Shown: one piece after another, positions 1-11,560 of the stretch | Numbering within the stretch: the stretch's first letter is position 1 | How the letters are laid out: each line of letters starts with the position of its first letter | Origin: Tubiluchus corallicola | Taxonomy: Eukaryota > Animalia > Priapulida | Length of the DNA stretch: 64,000 nucleotides | NCBI GenBank assembly: GCA_030141605.1 | Contig: JAQGDQ010001066.1 | Location: 1,837 to 65,836, forward strand | Reading direction: 5' to 3' | Translations under genes and position numbers: made by a program | The notes under the pieces: model-generated | Database searches by the model: none | The model's input: the letters and a program-made list of their open reading frames with translations, nothing else | What the model was told of the DNA's origin: nothing

Positions 1-270
1 ATTTAATCATAATTGTTCACAAAATTGCCTTAGTTGCCGAGCTATTATTTTGATTTAACACAAAAGGGACTGTGTTGTCTAGTACCCACAGTTTGGATTT
101 GTAAACCAAAAACTAGGGCCCAAATCCAGGCTGCATAACACTCTTGTCAAAGTTTTTCCTTTCCCTCATGTTTGGCTTCAGTAAGTCCAATTCAAAAATT
201 TCGTTTTTTTGTGTTTCAAGTCGTCTCTGATATGACTTTTAACGGCTGCCGTTATTTTATTGATTTTTAG

Positions 271-411
271 TGTGTTGATGAGGATGGTGAAAGGTTACCC
301 ATGGATGTGGTAAACAACAAGAGTGAGTGTTTGTCTGCCAACTACACGTGGGAAAACTCAAATATCAACTTTGACAATGTGATAGCAGGGTATCTTGCTT
401 TATTTCAAGTG
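271..411 (+). CDS. Nav2: Voltage-gated Na+ channel alpha subunit (Nav2/DSC1-like), exon: DIII S5-P extracellular loop; gene continues upstream of the window
   Basis: ttttag|TGT...GTG|gtaagc, phase 0/0; translates CVDEDGERLPMDVVNNKSECLSANYTWENSNINFDNVIAGYLALFQV, a typical Nav DIII turret and P1 helix. Confidence 0.93.
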
Positions 412-1785
412 GTAAGCTCAACATTTTTTGACAATCCTCACTCTTTATATCAGAGCCTATGATCATTTAGTGTGTGTTATATAGCGTTAACATTAATTAT
501 AAAACATGTTTAACTGAAATCTCGTGAAGAAAAGGAAATTCATAACAAGTGAAACGCACGTTTTTGCAACAGATCTGTAAGAAGAGAGTACCATCTAGTT
601 AATTCAGTTAACAATGAAATGGATACAAAACACCAGTTTAACGTGTTGACCAAAAGTTTCTTTGTTCTGAAATACAATTATTAACATTTAGTTTAATTTG
701 CATTGAGTAGAAGAAAATTAGTTGGTTGATTAAATGTATTGATAACTAAGTACTGATATAAAAATAATGTAGACTATGTTGAAATTAATTAATAATAACT
801 TGCGTTGTTAGAGCCTTTAACAATTACAAATACAGGAATGAGAACTCCAAGTAGCCTTAAGAACAACAATGTAACAACAATAAATTCGTAAGAAATTCAT
901 AGTCATAATGCTCATCACAGTCAGACAAATAGAGCAATGGCGGAGAGAACCAAAAGACGGGTAAAATGTCACACAACTACTACGGCTATAGCTCACGAAA
1001 GGCCAAAATGCTAATGTATTGAAGGATATTAGGTGCTTCAATTTTAAAAGAGTGACTACTGTAAAAGTAAAAAAGCCTAATAAATAAACAAACAGGTGGC
1101 AGCACCGTGGCAGTAATTGAAAACTGAATTAAAACCAAAAAATGGCCTATGCTCCCACTACAGACAACACTTCTAGAATTGAAAATAGTATTCTTTGTTG
1201 GCTGGCAAATGCTTCAATCAATTACTACCTATTTATCATTAATATTACTGCAGCAATTCATGTTGCTTCTAACAGTTTGTAAGAATGGCAGAACGTGAAG
1301 CCATTTTAGCCAAACAAACTGGACTGCATCATGCTGTGACTGCTGATGGTGTATAAACTTAAAATTGAAATTAACAAATAATGATTATACTACAGACGAT
1401 AATGTTAGGAGGAAGGGAAAAATACTACAAAGTACTGCGCTAATTGAAGCTATAGTTACCTCATAAGTGCTTCCTTCCCACTTCAGATGTATTATCATTG
1501 AAAAATTTAGCTGTATTTTTATTTTTGGAATATACAGCTTTCTCTTGCTCTGACGATGAGCTGTTATTTCAAATCTAGCATGGCAGTATTTGCTAGACAG
1601 TAAAGAATCCTATTTGAAGTTATGAGTACCTCAAAAGTGCTCCCTTCACACTTCACACGTCTTATAATCCAAAAATTTAGCTGTATTTTTATTTGTGGGA
1701 TATCTACAGCTTTCTCTGATGATGAGTTATGATTTGAAATGTAACGCGGCAGGAAAAAATGCTATTTCATAACAGTAGAGGTGTT

Positions 1786-2641
1786 CAGGGGTGTGTCCAA
1801 TTAAGCAACAGGCTACATGGGCTATAACCAAGGGCGCCCAAATTTAAAACGTTTCCATTCTCCTCGGAAAAATTTGCATCCGTTCGTATTCATGTAAAAC
1901 AAGCATTGTGTAACACACCACAGGCAGTTACTGAAACCGGTACACAACAAGCAGTTGACAAGACTTTTCATATATATAAGCGCAGTTCATATACACGTAA
2001 TTAGCAATAACCATGTAGAAACTAGAGTAACAATATTACTAACACATCACAAGTAATTGTTTAATCAGTGCAGTATATAACTAATCATCTAAATGCAATA
2101 TTTAGTTTAATCAAGATTGGCCTTATTTTGTTGCCCGCTAATTAAACTACATGTATATTCTTTTCTCTGGATTGTATAGAAAATGTCATAATTTTACTAA
2201 TTTACTAATGTTTCCTAAATTAAACTGCCCAACAGTGTCTAAAAAATCTTTTTATCTATATTCGGTAAAGGATAGCAGACTAGGTGACTTTATAGTCTTT
2301 TCTCTATCCTTTCTCTAGTTCTAGATCTATCTATTCATTTTAACAATTCTTCAAAACTTATTAGCGATTCTTTTAATAATCATGTTTTATTGTAGTATTA
2401 TAAAGATATAAATAAATTAAAATTGAATTGTCTTTTCGCTATCCTTTCTCTAGTTCTACATCTATCTATACATTTTAACCATTTTTCAAAATTTATTAGA
2501 GATTGTTTTATTAATCATGTTTTATTGTAACACTATAAAGAGATAAATAAATTGAAATTGAATTGAATAAATTCACAATAGAGTCGGGCGGGGCAGAACT
2601 ATCAGCCTAGGGCGTCGTGAAGTCTGGATACGCCACTACTG
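1786..2641. mobile_element. hAT-like MITE; inverted partial copy at ~25820-26245
   Basis: Ends CAGGGGTGTGTCCA / TGGATACGCCACT(ACT)G; 8-bp flanks gaggtgtt / gatgtgtt; internal ~134-bp tandem duplication (2297-2565). Confidence 0.6.
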
Positions 2642-2731
2642 GATGTGTTTTTGATTGTATTATGATTCATTTATGAGTACATATACGCATCATTAGCAAT
2701 ATTCAAGACATAAAAATTTTGCTTTCCATAG

Positions 2732-2923
2732 GCTTCCTTTGAAGGCTGGATGGAGGTAATGACGGATGCTGTGGATACTAGAGGACTTGACAATCAACCA
2801 GACAGGGAAGCTAATCTAATGGCTTACGTGTATTTCGTCATGTTTATCATATTCGGCTCGTTCTTCACACTGAATCTGTTCATTGGAGTCATCATAGACA
2901 ACTTCAACATGCTCAAGAAACAG
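2732..2923 (+). CDS. Nav2: Nav2-like exon: DIII selectivity filter, S6 and start of III-IV linker
   Basis: ccatag|GCT; [15 protein letters not shown]...[31 protein letters not shown]; ends CAG|gcaagt (GC donor), phase 0 matches the next exon. Confidence 0.93.
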
Positions 2924-2949
2924 GCAAGTAGGAAAAATAGATGCAATGC

Positions 2950-3493
2950 AATGATGCTACACACTACATTAGATGTTTAGCATGATGCTACACACTGCAT
3001 TAGATGGTTAGCATGATGCTACATACTGCATTAGATGTTTAGCATAATGCTACATACTGCATTAGATGTTTAGCATAATGCTACATACTGCATTAGATGT
3101 TTAGCATGATGCTACATACTGCATTAGATGGTTAGCATGATGCTACATACTGCATTAGATGTTTAGCATAATGCTACATACTGCATTAGATGTTTAGCAT
3201 GATGCTACATACTGCATTAGATGTTTAGCATAATGCTACATACTGCATTAGATGTTTAGCATGATGCTACACACTGCATTAGATGGTTAGCATAATGCTA
3301 CATACTGCATTAGATGTTTAGCATGATGCTACACACTGCATTAGATGTTTAGCATGATGCTACATACTGCATTAGATGTTTAGCATGATGCTACACACTG
3401 CATTAGATGTTTAGCATGATGCTACATACTGCATTAGATGGTTAGCATGATGCTACATACTGCATTAGATGGTTAGCATGATGCTACACACTG
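2950..3493. repeat. 31-bp minisatellite, ~17 copies
   Basis: Unit tagatgtttagcatgatgctacatactgcat with internal palindrome tagca-tga-tgcta. Confidence 0.95.
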
Positions 3494-3972
3494 CTTCACA
3501 ATGCAGTGCACTATAGGCACACCACTGTGCAGTGCTGTTCATGCAATACTTTGCAATGTGGTCTAACTCATAATGTTCTTCAGTGCATTCCAGTTCTGTG
3601 CAGTGCCATATCATGTAAAATGCATCACGGTGCAATGGCGTATAGTAAGAGGCAATACCTTGCAATGTGTTGCATTGCAATTTAGCATAATGTTTTATAG
3701 TGCAATTCAATGCTCTTCAGTGTCGGATCTTGCAATGTCAGCATCGCATAATGCAGTGCCACTAGCGTGGCGAAATGGAACTAAAACGATTGGTACATTT
3801 TCCTTGGCACATCTCTGTACAAATGGTTCACTTTTATACGAGAAGTAAAATTTTAAATTTACTTTCATGCCATTGCCTTTTTTTACTATTTTGTCTATTT
3901 TTTCGTTTTTCTATTTTTACTATTTTTTTCCATTTTCTCTTTTTTAAATTTTTACAAGTTTTGCTATTTCAG

Positions 3973-4083
3973 TATGAAGGAGGTGTTGTGGATATGTTGC
4001 TTACAGCTAGTCAGCGAAATTATTATAATACCATGAAGCGACTAGGAAACAAAAAACCCCAGAAAACTATAAAGAGGCCTAGG
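3973..4083 (+). CDS. Nav2: Nav2-like exon: III-IV inactivation linker
   Basis: tttcag|TAT...AGG|gtgagt; YEGGVVDMLLTASQRNYYNTMKRLGNKKPQKTIKRPR. Confidence 0.93.
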
Positions 4084-4453
4084 GTGAGTTTAATATTATT
4101 TCTGGCACAAGATGGCACTGTTTTTTATACTTGTATTTTAGCTGCGTTACTAATCTTAAAGCGAGAGCTTTGTAAAGATAAATCAACGATTCTTAAATGG
4201 GGGGGGGGCACATGGATACCACAGAAGAATTTCGTCCACAAGGGGAGGAATTTGGGGTGAGGAGAGAAACCCAATGATGTGAACGAATGTACTCCAATAT
4301 TGTGTACTTGTGTCTATCTCAAACCAAACGCCACGAAGTTAGTACCCGAATCTAGAGCCAAAAAGGCATTGAATTTAAAGAAAATGGATTTTAAGGTACA
4401 TACGAAAAAACTTTCACCTTCACATATACAGAAATTACATTCATCTTCAAATA

Positions 4454-5140
4454 CAGTAATTCCTCAGTTAACGACTCTCCGTTTAGCGACGTTTCGTCTT
4501 AGCGACGCTGATCTTTTGACACCTTTTTTCACTTAACGACGCACATTTCACTTTAACGCCATTTTTTACTTTGTTCAAAGCAAATTTTTTATCATGAACA
4601 ACATTTTTACCTAATTTGATGCATTGAAACTGTACATATTGCTCTAATCTGTTCTAAAAATGCTCTAGTAATGTAAATATTCTAATTGTCATTACGATTT
4701 TGCTTCCCGACTGACTACTAAATGTTAGCATCTTATGTAAGGTGAGACCTGAGAGCAAACTTTATGAGTGCAATCTGTTCCTACAGCAACCAGACTAAGT
4801 GTCTAGATAAAATTTCCATTGCAAATTCCTACGGTTTTTCTTTGATTCTGCAGTGCTTATTTTTTAACCGCTTCCTAGGTTTAAAGGTCAACAAAATAGA
4901 TCCGGCAATAGCCGAATAATGGTAAGTGAGATGTATAGGTGGCTTCAGGTAAGCAGAAAGAAATTAAGTAGAAATATAAATAAAACTCACAAAATGTTTA
5001 TAAGTTTGAAACATTGAACCATCATTGATTTTTGCTTCTGGAACCATTTCTTTTACATTACTTCCTACGGGACACTTGCCTTCATTTAGCGACGTTTCGC
5101 TTAATGTCGCGTTTTGCTGTCATTAAGCGAGGACTTACGG
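4454..5140. mobile_element. Tc1/pogo (Tigger-like) MITE
   Basis: TA|CAGTAATTCCTCAGTTAACGAC ... GTCATTAAGCGAGGACTTACGG|TA, 17/22 TIR match, TA TSD. Confidence 0.7.
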
Positions 5141-5159
5141 TATACTCTCTGTTAAAGAC

Positions 5160-5490
5160 GTTTTATCAGTTGCCATGCTTACTGCCAACTTTGAAGTGTT
5201 TCAGAGTACATAATCCATTACAGTCATGGCAATTTGGCACATAAAGATTTAACAGAAGCAATTTTCTGTACAGCTGCCCATTTATTTACTGACCAAGATC
5301 GCCGTTGCTTAACTTCTGTGGTTGTCTTTTATCAGTTGCTGCTTACTGCCAACTTTGCATTGTTTCAAAGTACAAAATCTACTACAGTCATGGCAATTTG
5401 GCACACAAAGACTTAACAGAAGCATTTTTCTGTACAGCTGCCCATTTATTTACTGACCAAGATCGCCGTTGCTTAACTTCTGTGGTTGGG
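5160..5490. repeat. ~165-bp tandem duplication containing a degenerate 5S-like (SINE3-like) stretch on the minus strand
   Basis: Two copies; reverse complement contains gaagttaagcaacggcgatcttggtcagta, resembling the 5S internal region. Confidence 0.6.
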
Positions 5491-5574
5491 CACACATCAT
5501 CATCACTCTGCCTGTTTCACGATAAATATTTTGCGTACCTCTTTCTCTTAAAGCACATTGTGAATTTGTTTCAG

Positions 5575-5697
5575 AACAAGCTTCAGGGATGGTTCTACGA
5601 CCTGGTCACTGCAACGAAGTTCGAGATATTTATCGTGACTTGTATTTTCATGAACATGATTTTCATGGGACTCGAACATTATCGACAACCGCAAGTA
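5575..5697 (+). CDS. Nav2: Nav2-like exon: DIV S1
   Basis: tttcag|AAC...GTA|gtatgt (alternative donor 3 nt upstream possible); NKLQGWFYDLVTATKFEIFIVTCIFMNMIFMGLEHYRQPQV. Confidence 0.9.
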
Positions 5698-5914
5698 GTA
5701 TGTTATTTTTTGCATTGCTATTATTAAATTAAGTTAACTAGTTGTCTTATTGTCCAGCCTACATGCCAATTGTCACATCCGACATCTCATACATCTTCGG
5801 AAGCAAATATCCGACATTCGACATCTCAGAAACAAATATATAGTTTATACCTCAAGCTCAGTTAATGTCACTGTAATTCGTCATGTACATTTGGTATCTT
5901 CTATTATTACAGAA

Positions 5915-5925
5915 TTATTATTATG

Positions 5926-5990
<65 letters not shown>

Positions 5991-6124
5991 TACTATTACT
6001 ATTACTATTACTATTATTGTTATTGTTATTGTTATTGTTATTGTTATTGTTATTGTTATTGTTATTGTTATTGTTATTGTTATTGTTATTGTTATTGTTA
6101 TTGTTATTGTTATTGTTATTGTTA

Positions 6125-6207
<83 letters not shown>

Positions 6208-6212
6208 TTTAT
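5915..6212. repeat. (TAT)n/(TGTTAT)n microsatellite
   Basis: Direct reading; source of spurious homopolymer ORFs. Confidence 0.97.
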
Positions 6213-6256
6213 TACAGGCACTTAAAAGCATTCATAGTTAAAACACCACAACTTTC

Positions 6257-7030
6257 TTAAATCTTTTAATTTACGTAGTTAAAAATCAGGAAACACACGT
6301 TTCGACAGAGCCATTGCTGTCATCATCAGCAGTAAACTAAAGCCTTTTATTTTACGTAGTTAAAAATCAGGAAACCATTGATTTTTCGACAGAACCATTG
6401 CTGTCGTCATCAGTGGTAAACTAAATCTTTTAATTTACGTAGTTAAAAATCAGGAAACACGTTTCGACAGAGCCATTGCTGTCATCATCAGTGGAAAATT
6501 TTTACAAACATACAACCAGTTTATATAGGCACAGCTTCTAGTATAGAACATTGTGTAGCTAATTAAGTATTTAACAGATGCCAGACGAGGTTTGTGGTTT
6601 CACCACAGAAAAAACGTCTCATGCAACAACCAGTTTACATAGGCAAAGCGTACAGTTAGGACATTATGTAATAATTAAGTATTCAACAGAAGCCAAATAG
6701 GTAATGATTAAACAGACTTATTAATAAAATAAAGTTTATCTATGTACACACTAATAAGCCTACTCCTAATGCACAAAGCAACTCAATTCCTTTAACTTTA
6801 TTTTCAAACACTTAGCTATTTGTTACTGCATCAATTTCTTTTCTACAGGCCTGTTTAATCAGTACATATTTGGTTTCTGCAAAATGCTCAGTGCATAATG
6901 CTCAATACTGCAGGCTGTGCCTATATAAACTGGTTGTACGTTTGTAAAAAATTTACCACTGATGATGACAGCAGTAGCTCTGTCGAAACGTTTGGCACGA
7001 TTCTTTGCTATGTAAATTAAACGTTTTTTT
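6257..7030 (+). mobile_element. Penelope-like element remnant: GIY-YIG C-terminal end, pLTR and inverted tandem pLTR copies
   Basis: 6715-6815 reads DLLIK*SL..KPTPNAQSNSIPLTLF, a typical PLE C-terminus; 6914-6990 is an inverted repeat of 6460-6536; three ~80-bp tandem copies at 6257-6495. Confidence 0.75.
6956..6995 (+). ncRNA. Minimal type I hammerhead ribozyme motif
   Basis: CCA CUGAUGA U GACAG-cagtagct-CUGUC GAAA CG UU UGG: intact core, 5-bp stem II, palindromic ACGU stem III, CCA/UGG stem I. Confidence 0.7.
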
Positions 7031-7052
7031 TTTTCTTAAATGGATAACCAAC

Positions 7053-7520
7053 TTGTTGCATGAGACGTTTTTTTCTGTAGTGAAACCACAAACCTCATTT
7101 GGCTTCTGTTAAATACTTAACTAGCTCCATAATGTTCTATACTATAAGCTCTGCCCATATAAACTGGTTGTTGCATGAGACGTTTTTTCTGTAGTGAAAC
7201 CACAAACCTCATTTGGCTTCTGTTGAATACTTAATTAGCTACATAATGTTCTATACTATAAGCTCTGCCTATATAAACTGGTTGTTGCATGAGACGTTTT
7301 TTCTGTAGTGAAACCACAAACCTCATTTGGCTTCTGTTAAATACTTAATTAGCTACATAATGTTCTATACTATAAGCTCTGCCCATATAAACTGGTTGTT
7401 GCATGAGACGTTTTTTCTGTAGTGAAACCACAAACCTCATTTGGCTTCTGTTAAATACTTAATTAGCTACATAATGTTCTATACTATAAGCTCTGCCTAT
7501 ATAAACTGGTTGTTGCACGA
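7053..7520. repeat. ~115-120-bp tandem repeat x4, inverted relative to 6515-6700
   Basis: Unit ttgttgcatgagacgttttttctgtagtgaaacc...tataaactgg. Confidence 0.9.
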
Positions 7521-7585
7521 ATTTGTGGTTTCACTACAGTAAAAAGGTGTCATGCAAGTGGACAAAGTCTTCGAAACATAGAATA

Positions 7586-8549
7586 CCGTAAAACGGGGTG
7601 AGTTCGCCACTTTTTAGGGGTATTTTTTACGTTTCCTGCCATAGCAAGAGAATTACCCAACCGATTTTCTTAGTTCAAGCTTTATATTGCCTTTCAAATG
7701 AAACACTATCGTGGGGTGAATTCGCCACTAACAATTTAACACTGTTTAATGCCATTCTAGGCAGCTGAAGTTAACTGGTTGTGATTGGCTGGTTGGGGGT
7801 GAGTTCGCCACCCTATGAAAAAATTATGAAAAATGTCTAGTTTTAGTTTTCAAATAGAAACTTCCACGTTGGCAAGGAAGGCTTGAACGTCTTGTGCACT
7901 GATCTTATCGCGGGCGCCCTTGGTGTTGCCAGCCACTCTGAAAACCACATTGTTCCTTCGGGCGAATGATTTGACAAAGTCTATTCCAGGGGTGTTTGCC
8001 TTGAATCGTCGTTCCTGGATTCCCTTCGCGTCAAGAACACTCTTAATCAGTAGTCGGAGATCGATGGCAGTCATTGGGAACCCCCGGTCAGCGGCCACTT
8101 GAAGTGTTGGCGATTTCGTGCTCCTCGGCGGCGGAGAACACTGGCTGACCTCCGGTCTTCCGCGGATGACTTCGTGAGAGTTTGCCAGAAAGGATCTTTC
8201 TTGGAACTCCGAATTGCCTCGCCGCTGCGCTGATTGTCCTGTTGGTATTCTTGACGGGTAGGGCAGCTTCCAGATCTTGGGTATAATTTTGGTATCTATG
8301 ACCCGGTACAGGGGTGCAGGTGCGTGGCATGTTAAGTAGCAAGAAATAGTAGACAAATAATATGTAGCGCAGAATGGAATACTTCTAGTGCGAATTGAAA
8401 GAAGATAACTGTCGCAAACTGCTTATAATTACGGTGATCATGATATCTGTTCATTAAACACTGAACAATAGTTACAGCAAACCTACAATGGCCATTACAT
8501 AAAGGGTGGCGAACTCACCCTCGGGTGGCGAACTCACCCCGTTTTACGG
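7586..8549 (-). mobile_element. pogo/Fot1-like DNA transposon, internally deleted
   Basis: Perfect TIRs CCGTAAAACGGGGTGAGTTCGCCAC, TA TSD (7584-85 and 8550-51); frameshifted HTH-psq (ISAAARQFGVPR) plus CENP-B HTH (AADRGFPMTAIDLR..PGIDFVKSF); no DDE domain. Confidence 0.9.
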
Positions 8550-8657
8550 TACAACACGAAAACATCTTACCAAGAGCATTTTTCTTTGTAAAATTGAAAT
8601 TTCAGAGCTTACGAATCATTGCAGATATTTTTAATTTCACAGTCAGTTACTGTAGGC

Positions 8658-9083
8658 CTAATCGTCATAGTCTTTGTTTAGTCGTTTTGCTGATTTCACT
8701 TTTTTCTTAACTAATTTCAACTCTTTGCTGTATAGAAAATCTGCGTGCAGCCATTCTATACTCCAACATGGCACCATCACTTCGCCTACAATTTTTGTGC
8801 GCCACCTACGTTCATTTTTTCTGTAAACGCGCATGCGCAAAAAACTAGAGCGCAATTCGACATCTCGGAAACAAAAAACGAACACGTTTTCTGTTCCAAA
8901 TTTGTGAGAAGATAACTTCCGAGTGGGACGGATGACGTCAACGATTCCTTTTTCGTCGGCAGATGTCAGCAGGCTCGCATCGTACAAAATGGCGTTATAT
9001 CCTCTACGTGCAGATGGCAAATCAGTTGTTCCCTCCACAGTTAGCGTCAACATGAAGATTTTTTTGGCAGTTTTTAGTTGAAC
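8658..9083 (-). CDS. Synaptotagmin-like TM-C2 protein, last exon (C2 domain)
   Basis: ttttag|GTT, phase 0; VQLKTAKKIFMLTLTVEGTTDLP...ENVFVF..VELRSSFLRMRVY..KIVGEVMVP; stop at 8658. Confidence 0.8.
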   Translation of the reverse strand, partial: VQLKTAKKIFMLTLTVEGTTDLPSARRGYNAILYDASLLTSADEKGIVDVIRPTRKLSSHKFGTENVFVFCFRDVELRSSFLRMRVYRKNERRWRTKIVGEVMVPCWSIEWLHADFLYSKELKLVKKKVKSAKRLNKDYDD

Positions 9084-9697
9084 CTAAAAATGAATTAGTC
9101 CTATATTAAGCATATAATCGTAAAGCATTAAGCATATGCATGACTCCATGCGTACGCAATGCGTGATACGTGACGCGTGTACAACAGTTTGCATTTAAAC
9201 ACGTAGAAGTGTTTTCTTGAGTACGTAATGCGTAATCCGTAATGCGTCATGCGTGATCCGTAATGTGTAGACAACGATTCGTATTTAAACATGTAGAAGT
9301 ATTTCCTTGTGTACGTAATGCGTAATCAGAAATGCGTGAAGCACGATCCGCGTTCATTCGAACGTGATCGCTATCGTCCGAATACGCATCACGCAGCAAT
9401 ACGCAGACGGGAAACCATCGTTGCCTAGGTGATCATAGCGAGTTTTGAATTTCCGGTGACCATATTTGCTATTTCAGCTTCCAGAAATCATCTAGTTAGA
9501 TGAGATTTGGTCACTTTAGGTCCTATTAACAAAAATATTTTTTTTGTTTGAGTTTTTGAGAGGTGGAAGAAGCATCTAACTGCAGTTCTTTCATTAAATG
9601 AAGATACCTGCCATATTGTTCTCTCCCTGAAAATGATGTGCACTCAAAACCCGTGCTTTCTTTTGAATTTTTTCGCCTAATAGTACAAGAATAATAA

Positions 9698-10039
9698 TCT
9701 GGATTGTGGGAGTAACAAGAAGGGATAAAATCAGGAATAGTAATATTAGAGGAACAGTGAAAGTAGTGGAAGCCTCGAAAAAGATACAAGAGGCAAGATT
9801 GCGATGGTATGGGCACCTGAAAAGAAGAGTCGGCGAAGATCACGTGGGAAGGGAGGTCATGGAAATGGAAGTGCTGGGAAATAGAAGAAGAGGACGATCC
9901 AAGCTGAGATGGTTTGAATGCATAAACGGAGACCTTAGAGAGAAGAACATAAATGAAGAGATGGTCAACAACAGGAATGCATGGAGAAGACTCATTCACA
10001 ACGGCGACCCTGCATAGGGAAAAGCCGGTAAGAAGAAGA
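9698..10039 (+). mobile_element. 5'-truncated RTE-clade LINE 3' end
   Basis: GVTRRDKIRNSNIR..RLRWYGHLKRR..RRRGRSKLRW..WRRLI; (AAG)n tail; TSD agtacaa(g/c)aataataa at 9682-9697 and 10040-10055. Confidence 0.85.
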
Positions 10040-10171
10040 AGTACAACAATAATAAGCTATAAGCTTTAATATGCTTAAATTTCGACAGAGACGTGGTTTA
10101 GAAAAATTATTGCTTGCAATTTTCACGAATTGCCACCAAAATGGCGACAGAAGGCCGTGTACTTTGTTAAT

Positions 10172-10598
10172 TGTTGGCATCCTTCTGTCTCGGAAGACAA
10201 TGGAGAGGGCGCCAAGAGAGTCAGTTATTAATCACATTGATGGAGCTGCAGCGTAGACTGTGGCTGAGCAATCCAATCCTTGAACCACTGGAGTGACCAC
10301 TGCAGGTCGCACGCCTGGGCAAGGTGTATGGAGATCCTGAGTTGCCCAGGCAACAGGAACCCCCTCTCTCCCTCCCTGGTGTAGTCCAAACGAAAGCAGA
10401 GCGATACGTTTGGCACCAGGTTGGCTGCTGGAGTCAGTGAGCATGCTGCACTGGTCCGCCTTCGGGGTTCCACTCCTGATTTGGAAGGTTTACCCCTCTA
10501 CACATGGCCGTTGGGTCACTTGACCTCCTCCCTCTAGCCGTTGGCTGCTTGTTCAGCTCCTCCGCCTAGTGTCGAGATACAACGTGGGCGTCCCGCTG
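10172..10598 (-). mobile_element. Non-autonomous RTE-related SINE-like element, copy 1
   Basis: ~430 bp, highly similar to 28415-28866; minus strand ends gtcttccgagacagaaggatgccaacaa, an RTE-like 3' stem-loop plus (CAA)n. Confidence 0.7.
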
Positions 10599-10763
10599 TA
10601 TTAATACGACACATGGAAACAATCAGTACGCATCACACATTACGGACCACACATCACTCATTACGCATTACGTGCACATGGAGTCGCAACTTTAATACTT
10701 TATTTAATATTTAATAAATTAAGTTTGAATAATGATGTACGTATTGGCAAAAAGTACTCATAC

Positions 10764-11185
10764 TTTAAACTGAATCATTGGCTTCCTGGCAATTTCTTCG
10801 TTCAGTGAGCTAGTGGCTCCATCGAGCGAAACATCAGAAAAACAATCACTTCCGCTAGCAGTGACGTCGCACGCGTCACGGATGTCGGAAAGGTTGAGTG
10901 CGCGCGCGTTTGCAGATTCAAAACTGTTGTCTTCTTTCGAGGGTTTCATTGCAGCCCCACCTCCAAGCCTTCCAGGTTCCAGAGCTTGAAGCAACGAGGA
11001 CGCTATTTTTGATGTGCTCGTGGGTCCCGCCCCCCTTTCTTCACTTGCTTGCCCCATTCCATCAACGCAGTAGGGAGGATTTAGCAGGTTTTGTGGCTGA
11101 CAGAGTACAAACGACACTTCAGGAGACGAACATTCCATTGTTCCTTCCCGTAAGATGTTACCGGCAGTGAACGGTTTACCATGAT
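10764..11185 (-). CDS. Synaptotagmin-like TM-C2 protein, middle exon (Ser-rich linker ending PMIQFK)
   Basis: ggttag|AT ... AAA|gtatga, phase 1/0; 422 nt open; joins both neighbouring exons in frame. Confidence 0.78.
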
Positions 11186-11402
11186 CTAACCCAAAATGAT
11201 CTTATAGTAAATTGATTATACATTGATTATAAATATTGGATATATATTTAGAATAAGTAAATCGTAATGCAAAATTGTCAGCTTGTTTAGTAAGAAATTT
11301 ATTTAATGTTCATAGTGTAAAGACTTATTTAACATTTTTGTACTTTTGTGCCCTGCAAAGAGAGGGCTTCTTGTATAATTTTCAATAAAGATTTTTAATA
11401 AA

Positions 11403-11557
<155 letters not shown>

Positions 11558-11560
11558 TAC

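Noticed and set aside
5881-6260. Poly-N/Y/I/L ORFs (also at 11.3-14.5 kb, 26.2-26.7 kb, 29.6-30.3 kb, 31.8-33.2 kb and 48.4-49 kb)
   Set aside because: Translations of microsatellites
10500-10598. HDV-like ribozyme in the SINE-like element
   Set aside because: Could not assemble P1, P2 and P3 consistently in both copies
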